This document shows positions 10,913-20,148 of a stretch of DNA of 64,000 bases, one piece after another. Location of the stretch: positions 1,920,001 through 1,984,000 of the forward strand of contig CP182352.1 of assembly GCA_048571215.1 (NCBI GenBank). Reading direction: 5' to 3'. Under the pieces are notes generated by a model. The model searched no databases and was not told the DNA's origin. It saw only the letters and a program-made list of their open reading frames with translations. Position numbers and translations under genes: made by a program. Each line of letters opens with the position of its first letter. The first letter of the stretch is position 1. Source of the stretch: Halarcobacter sp. GTDB taxonomy: Bacteria > Campylobacterota > Campylobacteria > Campylobacterales > Arcobacteraceae.

Positions 10913-12868
10913 TCAATTCAAATTAGCTGATTCATAAGTTTTTTCTTCTTTAAACAACTTTTTATGTAATACCATAGAAATTGCAAATATTCCAAAACCT
11001 ATAAGATGCGTATTTTGAACTATTCCAAAATATGTATCAAAATTATATGCTTCATCTTCTGTCAATAATAAAATAGCAGCAATTGCAAAAGCTACCCTTT
11101 CTATTATCATCATCTTTTTATCCCAAAAACCTTCCATTACAATAGAAAAACACATTATTCCAAAAAATGCGAAAGTAAATACTTCTATTCTTTCAAACCA
11201 AGTACCAGTCACTAGTGGAGTAAAGGCAAATAACAAAGGAATAATATACATCCCCTTACCTATTTTCCAAGATACAAGTCCTGTTTGCATAGGAGGTGTT
11301 TTGGCTATGGCTGCTGCTGCAAAAGCTGCTAAACAAACTGGGGGTGTCAGGTTTGAATCTTGTGATAACCAAAATATAATCAAGTGAGCTGATAAAAGAT
11401 ACATAGCAACCTCTGGAAGTTCAATCCCTGCATTTACAAGTGCTGCCATCTCTGGGCTTAGCATTAGTCCCACAAGAGCTGGAGCAGATAAAACTGATAA
11501 TACAACATAAGAAGCAGTTACTGGTAATCCCATCCCTAAAATAAGTGAGGCGATTGCTATCAAAGCAATTGCTATAAGTAAAGAGTTTCCTGACCACTCC
11601 ATAATAAGTTGAGAAAAAGTTATTCCAACTCCTGAGATATTTATAACTCCAACAATAATACCAACAGCGATTAATAAAACCCCTGTTACAATCATATTTT
11701 GACTACCAAGTGCAAGGGCTTCTAATATCTCTTTTATACCCATTCTTTTATTTTTTGTTAAATATGAAGATAAAACAATAGTGATTATTGCAATTGAAGC
11801 TGCATAAGTTGGTGAAAAACCATAAATTAATAGTCCAACTAAAGTTGCTAAAGGGATAATAAAATGAAAACCTTCCCTTAATATTGGAAGAATTTTAATA
11901 TTATTCTCTTCCCCTTTTATATTATTCTCTTTTGCATGAATATGAATATAAAAAGAGATTGATGCAAAATACAGTATCGCTGGTAAAATTGAAACCGTAA
12001 CAATTGTCACAAAAGGTATATGGGTAATTTGAGCCATAATAAAAGCTCCCGCTCCCATAATAGGTGGCATGATTTGTCCACCTGTACTAGCTGCTGCTTC
12101 AACTGCTGCCGCAAATGTGCCTTTAAACCCTGCTTTTTTCATCATAGGAATTGTAATGGAACCTGTTGAAACTGTATTTGCAACTGCACTTCCAGATATT
12201 GTTCCCATAAGAGCTGAAGAGAATACTGCTACATGACCAGTTCCTCCTATATATTTCCCTGCTACTGCATTTGATACATCTACTATAAAATCCCCTGCAC
12301 CTGATTTTAATAAAAATGCTGCAAATAGTATAAACATAAATACATATGTTGATGAAATAGTAGCAATTGGTCCAAAAAGTCCCTCACTTGTATAAAACAT
12401 TCTATATAAAAATCTTTCATAATCCATACCAGCAAATGCAAAAATTCCCTCAAAATATTGACCTAAGAAAAGTATATATGAGATACATAAAACAATAATT
12501 GCTGGAATAATATATCCAGTACTACGTCTAACTATCTCTATTGCAAGGGCTATTGTCAAACACACAACTATAATATCACTTAGTCTCATTTGACCATTTC
12601 CAGCTGAATATAAACTCTCTTCAAACAAGACCATATATACAAATGTACACACTGATAAAATTGCTAAGATGATATTTAATATACTAACTTTATTATCATC
12701 CTTAGATCTTCCTAAAGTTAAAAATCCAAGTGAAGCCAAAAATGCAAAGTGTGCAGAGTTAAACCATAAGTCACTTATTCCTCCCCATATATTTATATAG
12801 AAGTGAAAAAGTGATATTAGTATTGCATATACAAAGGTTATTTCTTTAAAATATTTTATTTTTATCAT
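10913..12868 (-). CDS. TAXI-type TRAP transporter fused 4TM/12TM permease
   Basis: GTISGSAVAN, EAAASTGGQIMPPIMGAGAF and TPPVCLAAF motifs. Confidence 0.92.
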   Translation of the reverse strand: MIKIKYFKEITFVYAILISLFHFYINIWGGISDLWFNSAHFAFLASLGFLTLGRSKDDNKVSILNIILAILSVCTFVYMVLFEESLYSAGNGQMRLSDIIVVCLTIALAIEIVRRSTGYIIPAIIVLCISYILFLGQYFEGIFAFAGMDYERFLYRMFYTSEGLFGPIATISSTYVFMFILFAAFLLKSGAGDFIVDVSNAVAGKYIGGTGHVAVFSSALMGTISGSAVANTVSTGSITIPMMKKAGFKGTFAAAVEAAASTGGQIMPPIMGAGAFIMAQITHIPFVTIVTVSILPAILYFASISFYIHIHAKENNIKGEENNIKILPILREGFHFIIPLATLVGLLIYGFSPTYAASIAIITIVLSSYLTKNKRMGIKEILEALALGSQNMIVTGVLLIAVGIIVGVINISGVGITFSQLIMEWSGNSLLIAIALIAIASLILGMGLPVTASYVVLSVLSAPALVGLMLSPEMAALVNAGIELPEVAMYLLSAHLIIFWLSQDSNLTPPVCLAAFAAAAIAKTPPMQTGLVSWKIGKGMYIIPLLFAFTPLVTGTWFERIEVFTFAFFGIMCFSIVMEGFWDKKMMIIERVAFAIAAILLLTEDEAYNFDTYFGIVQNTHLIGFGIFAISMVLHKKLFKEEKTYESANLN

Positions 12869-12956
12869 GATTATTGTCCTTAAGTTTATAGGATACATAA
12901 ATAATTTCTAATCACTTATGTATGATATAGATAAAGAGAGTAAAAACTCCCTTTAT

Positions 12957-13973
12957 TTACTCTATTAAAGATGCTGGTATTTTGACACCTTGCTCTCTAT
13001 AATATTTTGCTGCACCTTTATGTAAAGGCATTGGTAAACCATCTATCGCTTTTTGTAGAGACATAGCAAGTGTTGCTTTATGTACACTATTTAAAAATGG
13101 TAGATTTTCATAAATTGTTTTTGTTAAAAGATAAACTGTTTCTTCAGGAGTATCTTTTGTAACAACCAATAGATTTGGTTGAGCTATTGTATGGATATCT
13201 TTCGTTTGTCCAGGATAAGTTCCAGCTTTTATAGTAAATGGTGTCCAAACAGGATAATTTGCATCAATTTTTTCTAAATCTTCTTTAGAAAAATCCAATA
13301 CTCTTATGTTATCATTTCCAATTGAAGCAAAAGCATTTGTAACTGCTGATGTTGGAGGTCCTGATGGAGTTGTCATACCTTGTACTTTTCCATCTTGAAG
13401 TGCAGTTGAACTTGGACTATAACCTAAGTATTGTAAATCCATTTTATTGAAATCAATCCCAAGTGAGCTTAAAATAGTTTCAGATGAAACTCTTGAACCA
13501 GAACTTCTTCCACCTATAGAAAATCTTTCCCCATAAAGATTTTTCATATCTTTAATATTTCCTGTTTTTGCATATTTACTTTTTATAGTAAATTGTTCAA
13601 CATTTTGCCATAGCATTGTGATTGATCTAAGATTTTTTTGAGGATTGCCAGCATACTTATCTTTTCCTTGCCAAGCCATAGAACCAAATAAACCTTGTAA
13701 AATACCAAAGTTTACTTCCCCTTTCCCTAACATATCAACGTTTTCATTACTTCCTGCACTTGTGATTGCAGAAAATGTAATTTTATGTTTTTTTGCTAAT
13801 TTTATAGAAGCAATTGTTGCAATACCAACACCAACTGGATAATAAGTTCCCCCTGTACTAGCAGTTGCTATTACATACTTAGTCTCATTTGATGCAGCAT
13901 TTGCACCAGTTAGCATCGCTGCAGTTATTACTGAAGTTGCTAATAGTTTTTTAAAAATTGAAACATTTAACAT
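12957..13973 (-). CDS. TAXI-family TRAP solute-binding protein
   Basis: Signal peptide; ATASTGGTYY, SAGSNEN and PLHKGA motifs; GGAG RBS before ATG at 13973. Confidence 0.92.
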   Translation of the reverse strand: MLNVSIFKKLLATSVITAAMLTGANAASNETKYVIATASTGGTYYPVGVGIATIASIKLAKKHKITFSAITSAGSNENVDMLGKGEVNFGILQGLFGSMAWQGKDKYAGNPQKNLRSITMLWQNVEQFTIKSKYAKTGNIKDMKNLYGERFSIGGRSSGSRVSSETILSSLGIDFNKMDLQYLGYSPSSTALQDGKVQGMTTPSGPPTSAVTNAFASIGNDNIRVLDFSKEDLEKIDANYPVWTPFTIKAGTYPGQTKDIHTIAQPNLLVVTKDTPEETVYLLTKTIYENLPFLNSVHKATLAMSLQKAIDGLPMPLHKGAAKYYREQGVKIPASLIE

Positions 13974-14013
13974 GTTACTCTCCTTTTTTTTTATGTAAAA
14001 GAAGTATAACACA

Positions 14014-14046
14014 TTTTGAAACAAAATTGTTTCAAAATTGTTTTAA
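14014..14046. promoter_or_regulatory. Putative regulator site upstream of the TAXI operon
   Basis: 11-bp inverted repeat TTTTGAAACAA-AA-TTGTTTCAAAA overlapping an 11-bp-period direct repeat TGTTTCA-N4-TGTTTTA. Confidence 0.5.
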
Positions 14047-14284
14047 ATTTCAAAATTTATTTATAAAGTACGATTTTTAGGGATATTAATTTTTATAAAT
14101 TATATTACCTAGGCTCAAATTTGAAACAATTATCCCTTTATCTTTTATTTTTATCAAAGTTTCTAGTAGTATTTAATAAATCTACTCTATACTTACTTCG
14201 AGAAAAAAATTAAATAAAATACCAATTTAATCTTTAGTGTAATTTTAATTAATAGTTAATTTGTAGTTCTTTATTTAAATCTTT

Positions 14285-15147
14285 CTATTCTATATATTTA
14301 TTTCGTATTAGCAATGTCTTAAAAAGTATTAAACACATAATGACTAATAAAACTGCACTATATAAATATGTAGGTTCAAATAAGAATACTATTATCTGCC
14401 ATAAAGTAGCAAAAAAAGATGTAATAATAATCTTAAGAAAAACTCCTTTTAAAATAAAAAAAATCAACAAAATTAAACAAAATAAAAAGGTAACTAGAGC
14501 AAACCATAATAAGTCTTTCATAGGTGAGAATTTATTACTTTGTTCTGAGTGCATTTTAATACCTAATAACATTCGCCGTTCCATAATATAATGAAATGGA
14601 ATAATCAAATGATTTTTAAAACTTGTCCATAAATTTGTGCTTTTATTTTCTTGTGTTCTAACAATCAAGCGAGATTGTTTTTCATTTATACTTTTTACTA
14701 AAAATGTACCCCAATTCTCAAAACAAGGCTTCCTTCTGGTTTTACATATAGTACAGGAAAATTGTAAATACTTAAAGCACTTTCTTTATTTCTTGAGCCA
14801 TGGACAATATTCCCTACTTTTAAATTAGTGTTTTTAGATATATTTATAGTTTGATATTGGACTTTATTTCCTAATTCATGCTCAATAAAATCATAGCTAT
14901 AAAAACCTTGCCTATTAGCACCTAATTGCATAAGTAATTGCCAAACAATATGTTTATTTGCATCAATTTGTATTGCTCTTGTTGATGTGATGTTTAAATT
15001 ATCATTATCACCCACCATTAACATAGATATCTCTTCTTTTGAAGCTCCCCATTGTGTAATTATAGGTTCTATAAAAATAAAATATATTAACACCTGCAAA
15101 ACTAATATAAAAACTAAAACCAACAATTTTTTTATAAACTTGAACAC
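14285..15147 (-). pseudogene. Frameshifted membrane-anchored SRPBCC-like protein
   Basis: ORFs 14698..15147 and 14285..14668 join into one frame (...GSLVL[E]NWGTFLVKSINEKQSRLIVRTQE...) if one base is restored near 14720. Confidence 0.7.
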
Positions 15148-15164
15148 TATTTAAATCTTTGTTT

Positions 15165-15704
15165 TTATTTACTAGAAAGTACTAAATTTAATAAGAAATC
15201 ATCAAGTTCTTTATTTCTAGTACTTGATAATCTTGGTTGAATAAATAAAGTACCAAGAAATTTACAATAAATTAACAAAGTCATTTCTTCTCTTGTCTTT
15301 TCATCGGAACTAGGATTAAGTTTATCTTGAATATTTCGTAGTATTAAAATTCGTTCTTTATCAATCTTTTCCATATATGGTAAAACAAGTTCATTTCTAA
15401 GACCCCAGGCTCTAAATTCGATTTCGATATTTAAGTCTTTTGAATATATGGTATTATTTAGTAACTCTATTTGTTTTAAAGGATTATTTTCAAATTGTTT
15501 ACTTTTCTCAATAATATCCATTGTAAAAGTTTTGTACCAATACTCTAAAATCTCTTTAATAAATATTTTGTGGCTTTTAAAATGATGATAAAAAGAGCCT
15601 TTGGTAACTTTTAATTTTTTACAGAGTAAATCGATTTTTAATATATCAACACCATGTTTTGAAACTAATTTCAAAGATGAATCCATCCAATCTTCTTTTG
15701 TCAT
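15165..15704 (-). CDS. TetR/AcrR-family transcriptional regulator
   Basis: LKVTKGSFYHHF HTH; AAAGGA RBS before MTKED at 15704. Confidence 0.9.
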   Translation of the reverse strand: MTKEDWMDSSLKLVSKHGVDILKIDLLCKKLKVTKGSFYHHFKSHKIFIKEILEYWYKTFTMDIIEKSKQFENNPLKQIELLNNTIYSKDLNIEIEFRAWGLRNELVLPYMEKIDKERILILRNIQDKLNPSSDEKTREEMTLLIYCKFLGTLFIQPRLSSTRNKELDDFLLNLVLSSK

Positions 15705-15720
15705 AATATTCCTTTTTGAT

Positions 15721-15750
15721 ATCATACCATACAGTATGGTATTGTGTCAA
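15721..15750 (-). promoter_or_regulatory. tetR promoter with overlapping palindromic operator
   Basis: Minus-strand TTGACA-N18-TATGAT; perfect inverted repeat ATACCATAC-A-GTATGGTAT at 15724-15742 lies in the spacer. Confidence 0.7.
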
Positions 15751-15848
15751 GAGAATATAAAATACTTATTCTATTGAATGTATGATTTCAATTTACAATT
15801 AATTGGTATCCTATCCACGGATTTTTGTAGAGTATTTTCTTTATTGTT

Positions 15849-15917
15849 AGGTAACGTTTAAAATGAGCTGATGAATTGCCCGCAGAGTAATTTATTGGCT
15901 CCTCTGTTTAGTTAGAA
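15849..15917 (-). other. attC site
   Basis: Minus strand: TTCTAAC...GAGCCAATAAATTAC/GCAATTCATCAGCTC stem...GTTACCT; R'' contains the gene stop codon. Confidence 0.85.
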
Positions 15918-16198
15918 GATACCGTACCATGTTGCTCCAATAAATAAAATAAATACCTGTATCAATGCAAGTAAACTTGATAAAGTAACTCCTAACCAAA
16001 TAACAATATTCTTACCGTATTTTTTGATATGAAAGTTTCCATAGATTATACTTAATGTTAAAAATATAATAACAATCAATGCCATCAATATAAAATTGAC
16101 TTGAATATTATCAATCCACTCACTTTTCCAATTAAAGAATATCACTCCGCTTAGAAAAGCCATTGTAAAAGGTATAAATTCTGAAATTTTTTTTCCAT
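15912..16198 (-). pseudogene. Cassette membrane protein, frameshifted duplicate of 16656..16946
   Basis: Nearly identical DNA to 16656..16946; AAAAACGAAAAA after ATGG is reduced to A8, shifting the frame; internal ATG gives the 83-aa ORF 15912..16163. Confidence 0.75.
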
Positions 16199-16204
16199 TT
16201 TCTC

Positions 16205-16273
16205 TTCTAACGTTTAAAGTGAGCCGATGAATTACCCGCAGAATAATTTATTAGCTCCTCAAATTTGTTATGT
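16205..16273 (-). other. attC site
   Basis: ACATAAC...stem...GTTAGAA on the minus strand. Confidence 0.88.
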
Positions 16274-16576
16274 ACCTGTTCCTAAGCCAAGTACACCAAT
16301 AAACGACCAAAACAGTATTCCAGCCACTGCTAAAATCTGACCATGCAATTTTTGATGATTACGAAATCCATAAATCATAGCCCCAAAGGAGAGCAGGAGA
16401 CCAAGAATCATTCCAAGTTTCGTAAACAATGGAAATGTGTAAAGCAATCCCATTGGTACACCAACTGTAGCTCCAAGAATAAACATGAAGCCAAGCCATA
16501 TATTTTCTTTAAAAACAAAAGAAACAATGCTCAATATGAGAAAGATGCTGACTAATGCAATAATTATTCTTTTGAT
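16268..16576 (-). CDS. Cassette-encoded small membrane protein (start apparently ATC or mutated)
   Basis: Hydrophobic ORF; AGGAG RBS is followed by in-frame ATC AAA AGA at 16576 rather than ATG. Confidence 0.6.
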   Translation of the reverse strand: MKRIIIALVSIFLILSIVSFVFKENIWLGFMFILGATVGVPMGLLYTFPLFTKLGMILGLLLSFGAMIYGFRNHQKLHGQILAVAGILFWSFIGVLGLGTGT

Positions 16577-16591
16577 GAATACTCCTGTGGT

Positions 16592-16661
16592 ACATAACGT
16601 TTTTCGTGAGCAATAATTTTCCCGCTAGGGTAAATTATTGGTCTCCTCGTATTTGTTAGAA
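16592..16661 (-). other. attC site
   Basis: TTCTAAC...CAATAATTT/AAATTATTG stem...GTTATGT on the minus strand. Confidence 0.88.
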
Positions 16662-16946
16662 GATGCCATTCCATGTTGCTCCAATAAATAAAATAAACAC
16701 CTGTATCAATGCAAGTAAACTTGATAACGTAACTCCTAACCAAATAACAATATTCTTACCATATTTTTTGATATGAAAGTTTCCATAGATTATACTTAAT
16801 GTTAAAAATATAATAACAATCAATGCCATCAACATAAAATTGACTTGAATATTATCAATCCACTCACTTTTCCAATTAAAGAATATCACTCCGCTTAGAA
16901 AAGCCATTGTCAAAGGTATGAATTCTGAAATTTTTCGTTTTTCCAT
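16656..16946 (-). CDS. Cassette-encoded 3-TM hypothetical membrane protein
   Basis: 96-aa hydrophobic ORF between attC sites. Confidence 0.75.
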   Translation of the reverse strand: MEKRKISEFIPLTMAFLSGVIFFNWKSEWIDNIQVNFMLMALIVIIFLTLSIIYGNFHIKKYGKNIVIWLGVTLSSLLALIQVFILFIGATWNGIF

Positions 16947-17009
16947 TTTCTCTTCTAACGTTTAAGTTGAGAAATAAGTTGCCCGTAGGGTAACTTATTT
17001 CCCTCCAAT

Positions 17010-17603
17010 GAGACTGTGAAAGAACTCAGTCTCAATTTATATAAATATTCTACATAAAAACACCTAAAAATAATCATCCTAAAAATACTAAAATGTTATA
17101 ATATATTATATTTTAAAGGTGATTTATGGGTATATATAAACAAGGATTAGATAGAAATCAACAGTTACTTTTTCCACCAAGTTTGGATGAATTAATAGAT
17201 GAGAATAATATAACAAGAGCAATTGATTCTTATGTTGAGATATTAAATATTCATAAGCTAAATATAAAAACTAAAAAATCATTAATAAAAGATGGTCAAC
17301 CTGCATTTCATCCAAAACTACTATTAAAAATATATATTTATGGATATTTAATCTTGTGAAGCGAAGCGGTGCTTTAGCATCACTCTCTTTGAGAAAAAGT
17401 TATGTATAGCAATAAAAAATAAAGATTTAACTCAAATTACAAAAGATATAGAGGAATATATCTTAGTATTTGGACTTTATTTGGTTTATTTTTTACAAAA
17501 ATTTTTATATCTAAAAAATTTAAGAAAAAATGTCAGATATTCTGGAAGTTAATTTGGATTTTTACTGTAAATTTAGTTTATTTGGGACTAAATTCACAGT
17601 CTA
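17010..17603 (+). mobile_element. Internally deleted IS1182-family insertion sequence
   Basis: Terminal inverted repeats AGACTGTGAA (17011-17020) and TTCACAGTCT (17593-17602); flanking AAT(G) duplication; transposase N-terminus inside. Confidence 0.85.
17126..17359 (+). pseudogene. Truncated IS1182-family transposase (N-terminal part)
   Basis: RNQQLLFPPSLDELI...GQPAFHPKLLLKIYIYGY motif; a probable C-terminal remnant (..IAIKNKD...YSGS*) lies at about 17406-17552. Confidence 0.85.
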
Positions 17604-17635
17604 AATGATTTGTTAGAGGATTTTAGCTAGTACAA

Positions 17636-18106
17636 TTAATAATCAATGAAATCTGGAAAAGCAAATTGACTAATTTTCCACTCATTATTCTCTTGTTCAA
17701 GAAATATTTTAAAATAATTTCTTTGACGATTGTCAATCTTTGCTTTCATTTTCCCATAAGCAACAATGTTACCTTTATTAATGTTAGAAATATTTTCTGG
17801 ATAAAAAGCACAACTATAAATCTCAATTCCTTCGTAAAATTTGCTAAATTCATTTTTATATAATTCAAGGTGTGGTAATAATATTTCTTTAACAAAAGGC
17901 TTTTTTAGTGTAACAAGTTGTTTCAGTGATTTTATATCATTTTTTCTTATTGCAATTTCGAATTTTGTTACGATAATTTGCGTATTTTTTGTTGGTATTT
18001 TAACAAAATAGAAATATCCAAGGATCAAAAGTAAAGTAGAAAGAAAAATAAAAATTGCAGATACTTTTAATACCAGTTTTTTAATTGTACTTTCTTTTGA
18101 GTTCAT
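17636..18106 (-). CDS. Cassette-encoded membrane-anchored hypothetical protein (NTF2-like fold possible)
   Basis: True start likely MNSKES (the longer ORF runs through the attC); N-terminal TM; C-terminal LEQENNEWKI pattern. Confidence 0.65.
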   Translation of the reverse strand: MNSKESTIKKLVLKVSAIFIFLSTLLLILGYFYFVKIPTKNTQIIVTKFEIAIRKNDIKSLKQLVTLKKPFVKEILLPHLELYKNEFSKFYEGIEIYSCAFYPENISNINKGNIVAYGKMKAKIDNRQRNYFKIFLEQENNEWKISQFAFPDFIDY

Positions 18107-18114
18107 TTTTCTGC

Positions 18115-18186
18115 CTCTAACGTTTGTCATCACTGGTTTATGTGAAGCGCAGCGGAACACAAATCCAGTGCATGACATTGTTATGA
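18115..18186 (-). other. attC site
   Basis: TCATAAC-AATGTCATGCACTGGATTTG...AAACCAGTGATGACAAAC-GTTAGAG on the minus strand. Confidence 0.9.
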
Positions 18187-18549
18187 ATCCTTTTTATGTT
18201 CAACGTATTCAACTATAGATCCATCTGGATGTTGTATTCGCATATTCTTACCTGTTGGAACTTTTTTAGGTTTTTCTAAAATGGGTATTCCATTGTCTAA
18301 AAAATAATTATGAAAATCATCTAATGAATCAACAAGGAAAGTTGTTTTTGTTGATTTAAATTTTTCCAAATCTTTTTCTTCACCAGCTAATAACAGGATA
18401 GAAGAAATCTGGACTAATTCTATATTCATTTCTTTGTATATAAATCTAAGAGAACAAGTTTTCTTAAAAATATTTTCATAGAATTTGATTGTTTTCTCTA
18501 ATTTTGAAGGATGCAAAAATATTCTTGTAAGTATTTCTTTGATTTGCAT
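18181..18549 (-). CDS. VOC/glyoxalase-family protein (cassette)
   Basis: FYENIF, TFLVDSLD and PTGKNMRIQHPDGSIVEYVE motifs. Confidence 0.85.
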   Translation of the reverse strand: MQIKEILTRIFLHPSKLEKTIKFYENIFKKTCSLRFIYKEMNIELVQISSILLLAGEEKDLEKFKSTKTTFLVDSLDDFHNYFLDNGIPILEKPKKVPTGKNMRIQHPDGSIVEYVEHKKDS

Positions 18550-18559
18550 TTATTTCTCC

Positions 18560-18592
18560 TCATAACTATTTATTCAACGAACATTATATATA
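18560..18592 (-). promoter_or_regulatory. attI-like site with -10 box (copy 1)
   Basis: Minus strand TATATATAATGT-N6-AATAAATA-GTTATGA; core complements R'' of the first cassette. Confidence 0.65.
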
Positions 18593-18827
18593 AAATAGTC
18601 TGATATTATCAAATAAACAGACATAAAAAATATTTGTTTATTTGATAAAAATATTTCAAAATGCAATAATTTGATTCTTTTTTTACCAAAAGCATCAAAA
18701 TCTTTAAAATATAGATGAGCATTTAAAAATATTTTTGGCGTTATTTGAACAAAATGTCAGTTAATCGTAGGAAAAAAGTGTTAAATGTACATTATGCGGT
18801 TTATTTTCAAACCTTACATGTAAAAGT

Positions 18828-18989
18828 TTAGAGTTTATAGTTTCTTTCCCAACCAGAACGTCCAATTATAAAAGCTGTTGCTAAAGATGCATACTCTTCT
18901 TTAGATAACGAGTTGATATAATTTTTTATCTCATTTGATGACACTTGGAATTTTTGTATATTTTTAAAAATATTTTCTATTGGTTTCAT
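18828..18989 (-). CDS. 53-aa ORF, DUF3775-like fragment
   Basis: Manual translation MKPIENIF...EIKNYINSLSKEEYASLATAFIIGRSGWERNYKL; ATGA overlap with the upstream stop. Confidence 0.45.
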   Translation of the reverse strand: MKPIENIFKNIQKFQVSSNEIKNYINSLSKEEYASLATAFIIGRSGWERNYKL

Positions 18990-19534
18990 TTTTTTTCATT
19001 GTTATGTTTTGGCTTTGACGCTTCAAGGTAAAGTATTTGCTGAAACATCGTGTGAAACAAATGGCGCACCTCCGTTACAAAAAGTTTTGACAGCTTATCT
19101 TTCGATTTATGCGCTTTCCATATTTTATTGAAATTTTCAATAACGAGGCGTTGCTGCTCTACTGAAACCGAGTTTAGCGGCCTACTTTCTTGGCGCAAAA
19201 GAAGATTTTTTAACTCAACATCTATTACTCGATATTTTTCTGCATAGCAAAAATATGGAGTTTCGTATGATTCAACAAGAGAACTACATAAATCATCTAT
19301 TTTTTTAGCTACGCTTAACGTCTGCTCCTGTGTTTTTGTATCGAAAGCTGAAATAGTAGCTTCAGGTGTTGGTAATGCCTTCGCTAACGTTGATACAGAA
19401 TCAATAAATTTTGATACTGATATCACAATAATCCCAACGACAACCACAAAACCGACAGCCTTCAAGCTGAGTAGCTTGCCTAATATTTCCTTATGCGCTA
19501 CGACTGAGCCTTCATTTTTTACGTCATCTGACAT
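18986..19534 (-). CDS. Cassette-encoded hypothetical protein with one TM segment
   Basis: True start MSDDVK with AAGGA RBS after the attC; visibly GC-richer than host genes; only the R'' box (19001-19007) of its attC remains. Confidence 0.7.
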   Translation of the reverse strand: MSDDVKNEGSVVAHKEILGKLLSLKAVGFVVVVGIIVISVSKFIDSVSTLAKALPTPEATISAFDTKTQEQTLSVAKKIDDLCSSLVESYETPYFCYAEKYRVIDVELKNLLLRQESRPLNSVSVEQQRLVIENFNKIWKAHKSKDKLSKLFVTEVRHLFHTMFQQILYLEASKPKHNNEKK

Positions 19535-19549
19535 TGCGGATCCTTGTAA

Positions 19550-19618
19550 ACATAACGTTTGAGTTGAGAAATATTTGAGCCGCAGGGTCAAATATTTCTT
19601 TCCAATGATTTGTTATAT
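19550..19618 (-). other. attC site
   Basis: ATATAAC...GAAATATTTGACC-CTGC-GGCTCAAATATTTC...GTTATGT on the minus strand. Confidence 0.9.
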
Positions 19619-20100
19619 ATTTTTGATTGCATTATAACAATACTTCTTGATAGGAAGATACCACTTAGTGAACCATATAAAAAACTAATAGCAATAATAA
19701 ACCCTAACTCATGTATAATAGATAATTCCCTTGCAAGTGCAACTCCAACAAAATATTTAATAAAGAATATAACTAGTATAAGAACCATAGGCATCCAACT
19801 ACCTGGAATATAAAAAACATCTTCAGATTCATTATATTTAATATTTTTAGGAAACGACAATTTTAATCCTATAAGTAAAAATATAAATCCGCCAATAAAC
19901 CATAGTCCTACTGGTGTTATCATTGTTCCAAAAGCAGAAAAAACACCAAATAATGATAGTAGGATCATAGCAATAGGTAAAGTAAATATTCTTTTTAATT
20001 TTACTTCTCTATCTTTTGTTTGTGTATATCCTAAAAAAACCAAACCTATAAACAATATAAAAACCCATATGGGTGTATGCTGAATTATTTCAAGAATCAA
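19588..20100 (-). CDS. Cassette-encoded membrane protein (DUF6622-like)
   Basis: HTPIWVF and PGSW motifs, multiple TM segments; reads into its own attC. Confidence 0.7.
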   Translation of the reverse strand: MILEIIQHTPIWVFILFIGLVFLGYTQTKDREVKLKRIFTLPIAMILLSLFGVFSAFGTMITPVGLWFIGGFIFLLIGLKLSFPKNIKYNESEDVFYIPGSWMPMVLILVIFFIKYFVGVALARELSIIHELGFIIAISFLYGSLSGIFLSRSIVIMQSKIYNKSLERNI

Positions 20101-20115
20101 TCTTATTCCTTTTAT

Positions 20116-20148
20116 ATATAACTATTTATTAAACACACATTATATATA
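20116..20148 (-). promoter_or_regulatory. attI-like site with -10 box (copy 2)
   Basis: Minus strand TATATATAATGT-N6-AATAAATA-GTTATAT. Confidence 0.65.

Larger units (their letters stand above)
16953..17618 (-). other. attC site split by IS insertion (parts 16953-17010 and 17604-17618)
   Basis: Removing the IS restores ...CCCTCCAATGATTTGTTAGAG, matching the end of the attC at 19550-19618. Confidence 0.85.
15849..20148 (-). mobile_element. Integron-type gene-cassette array 1 (two sub-arrays, no integrase; CALIN-like)
   Basis: Co-oriented short ORFs separated by imperfect palindromes bounded by TAAC...GTTA; each cassette's upstream GTT core is the exact complement of its own R'' box. Confidence 0.9.

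Noticed and set aside
19535..19591. Shared N-terminal peptide MTLRLKYFSTQTLC in ORFs 18986..19591 and 56518..57033
   Set aside because: Artefact of translating through near-identical attC sites; real starts with RBS are at 19534 and 56976. The same applies to the extension of 17636..18178.
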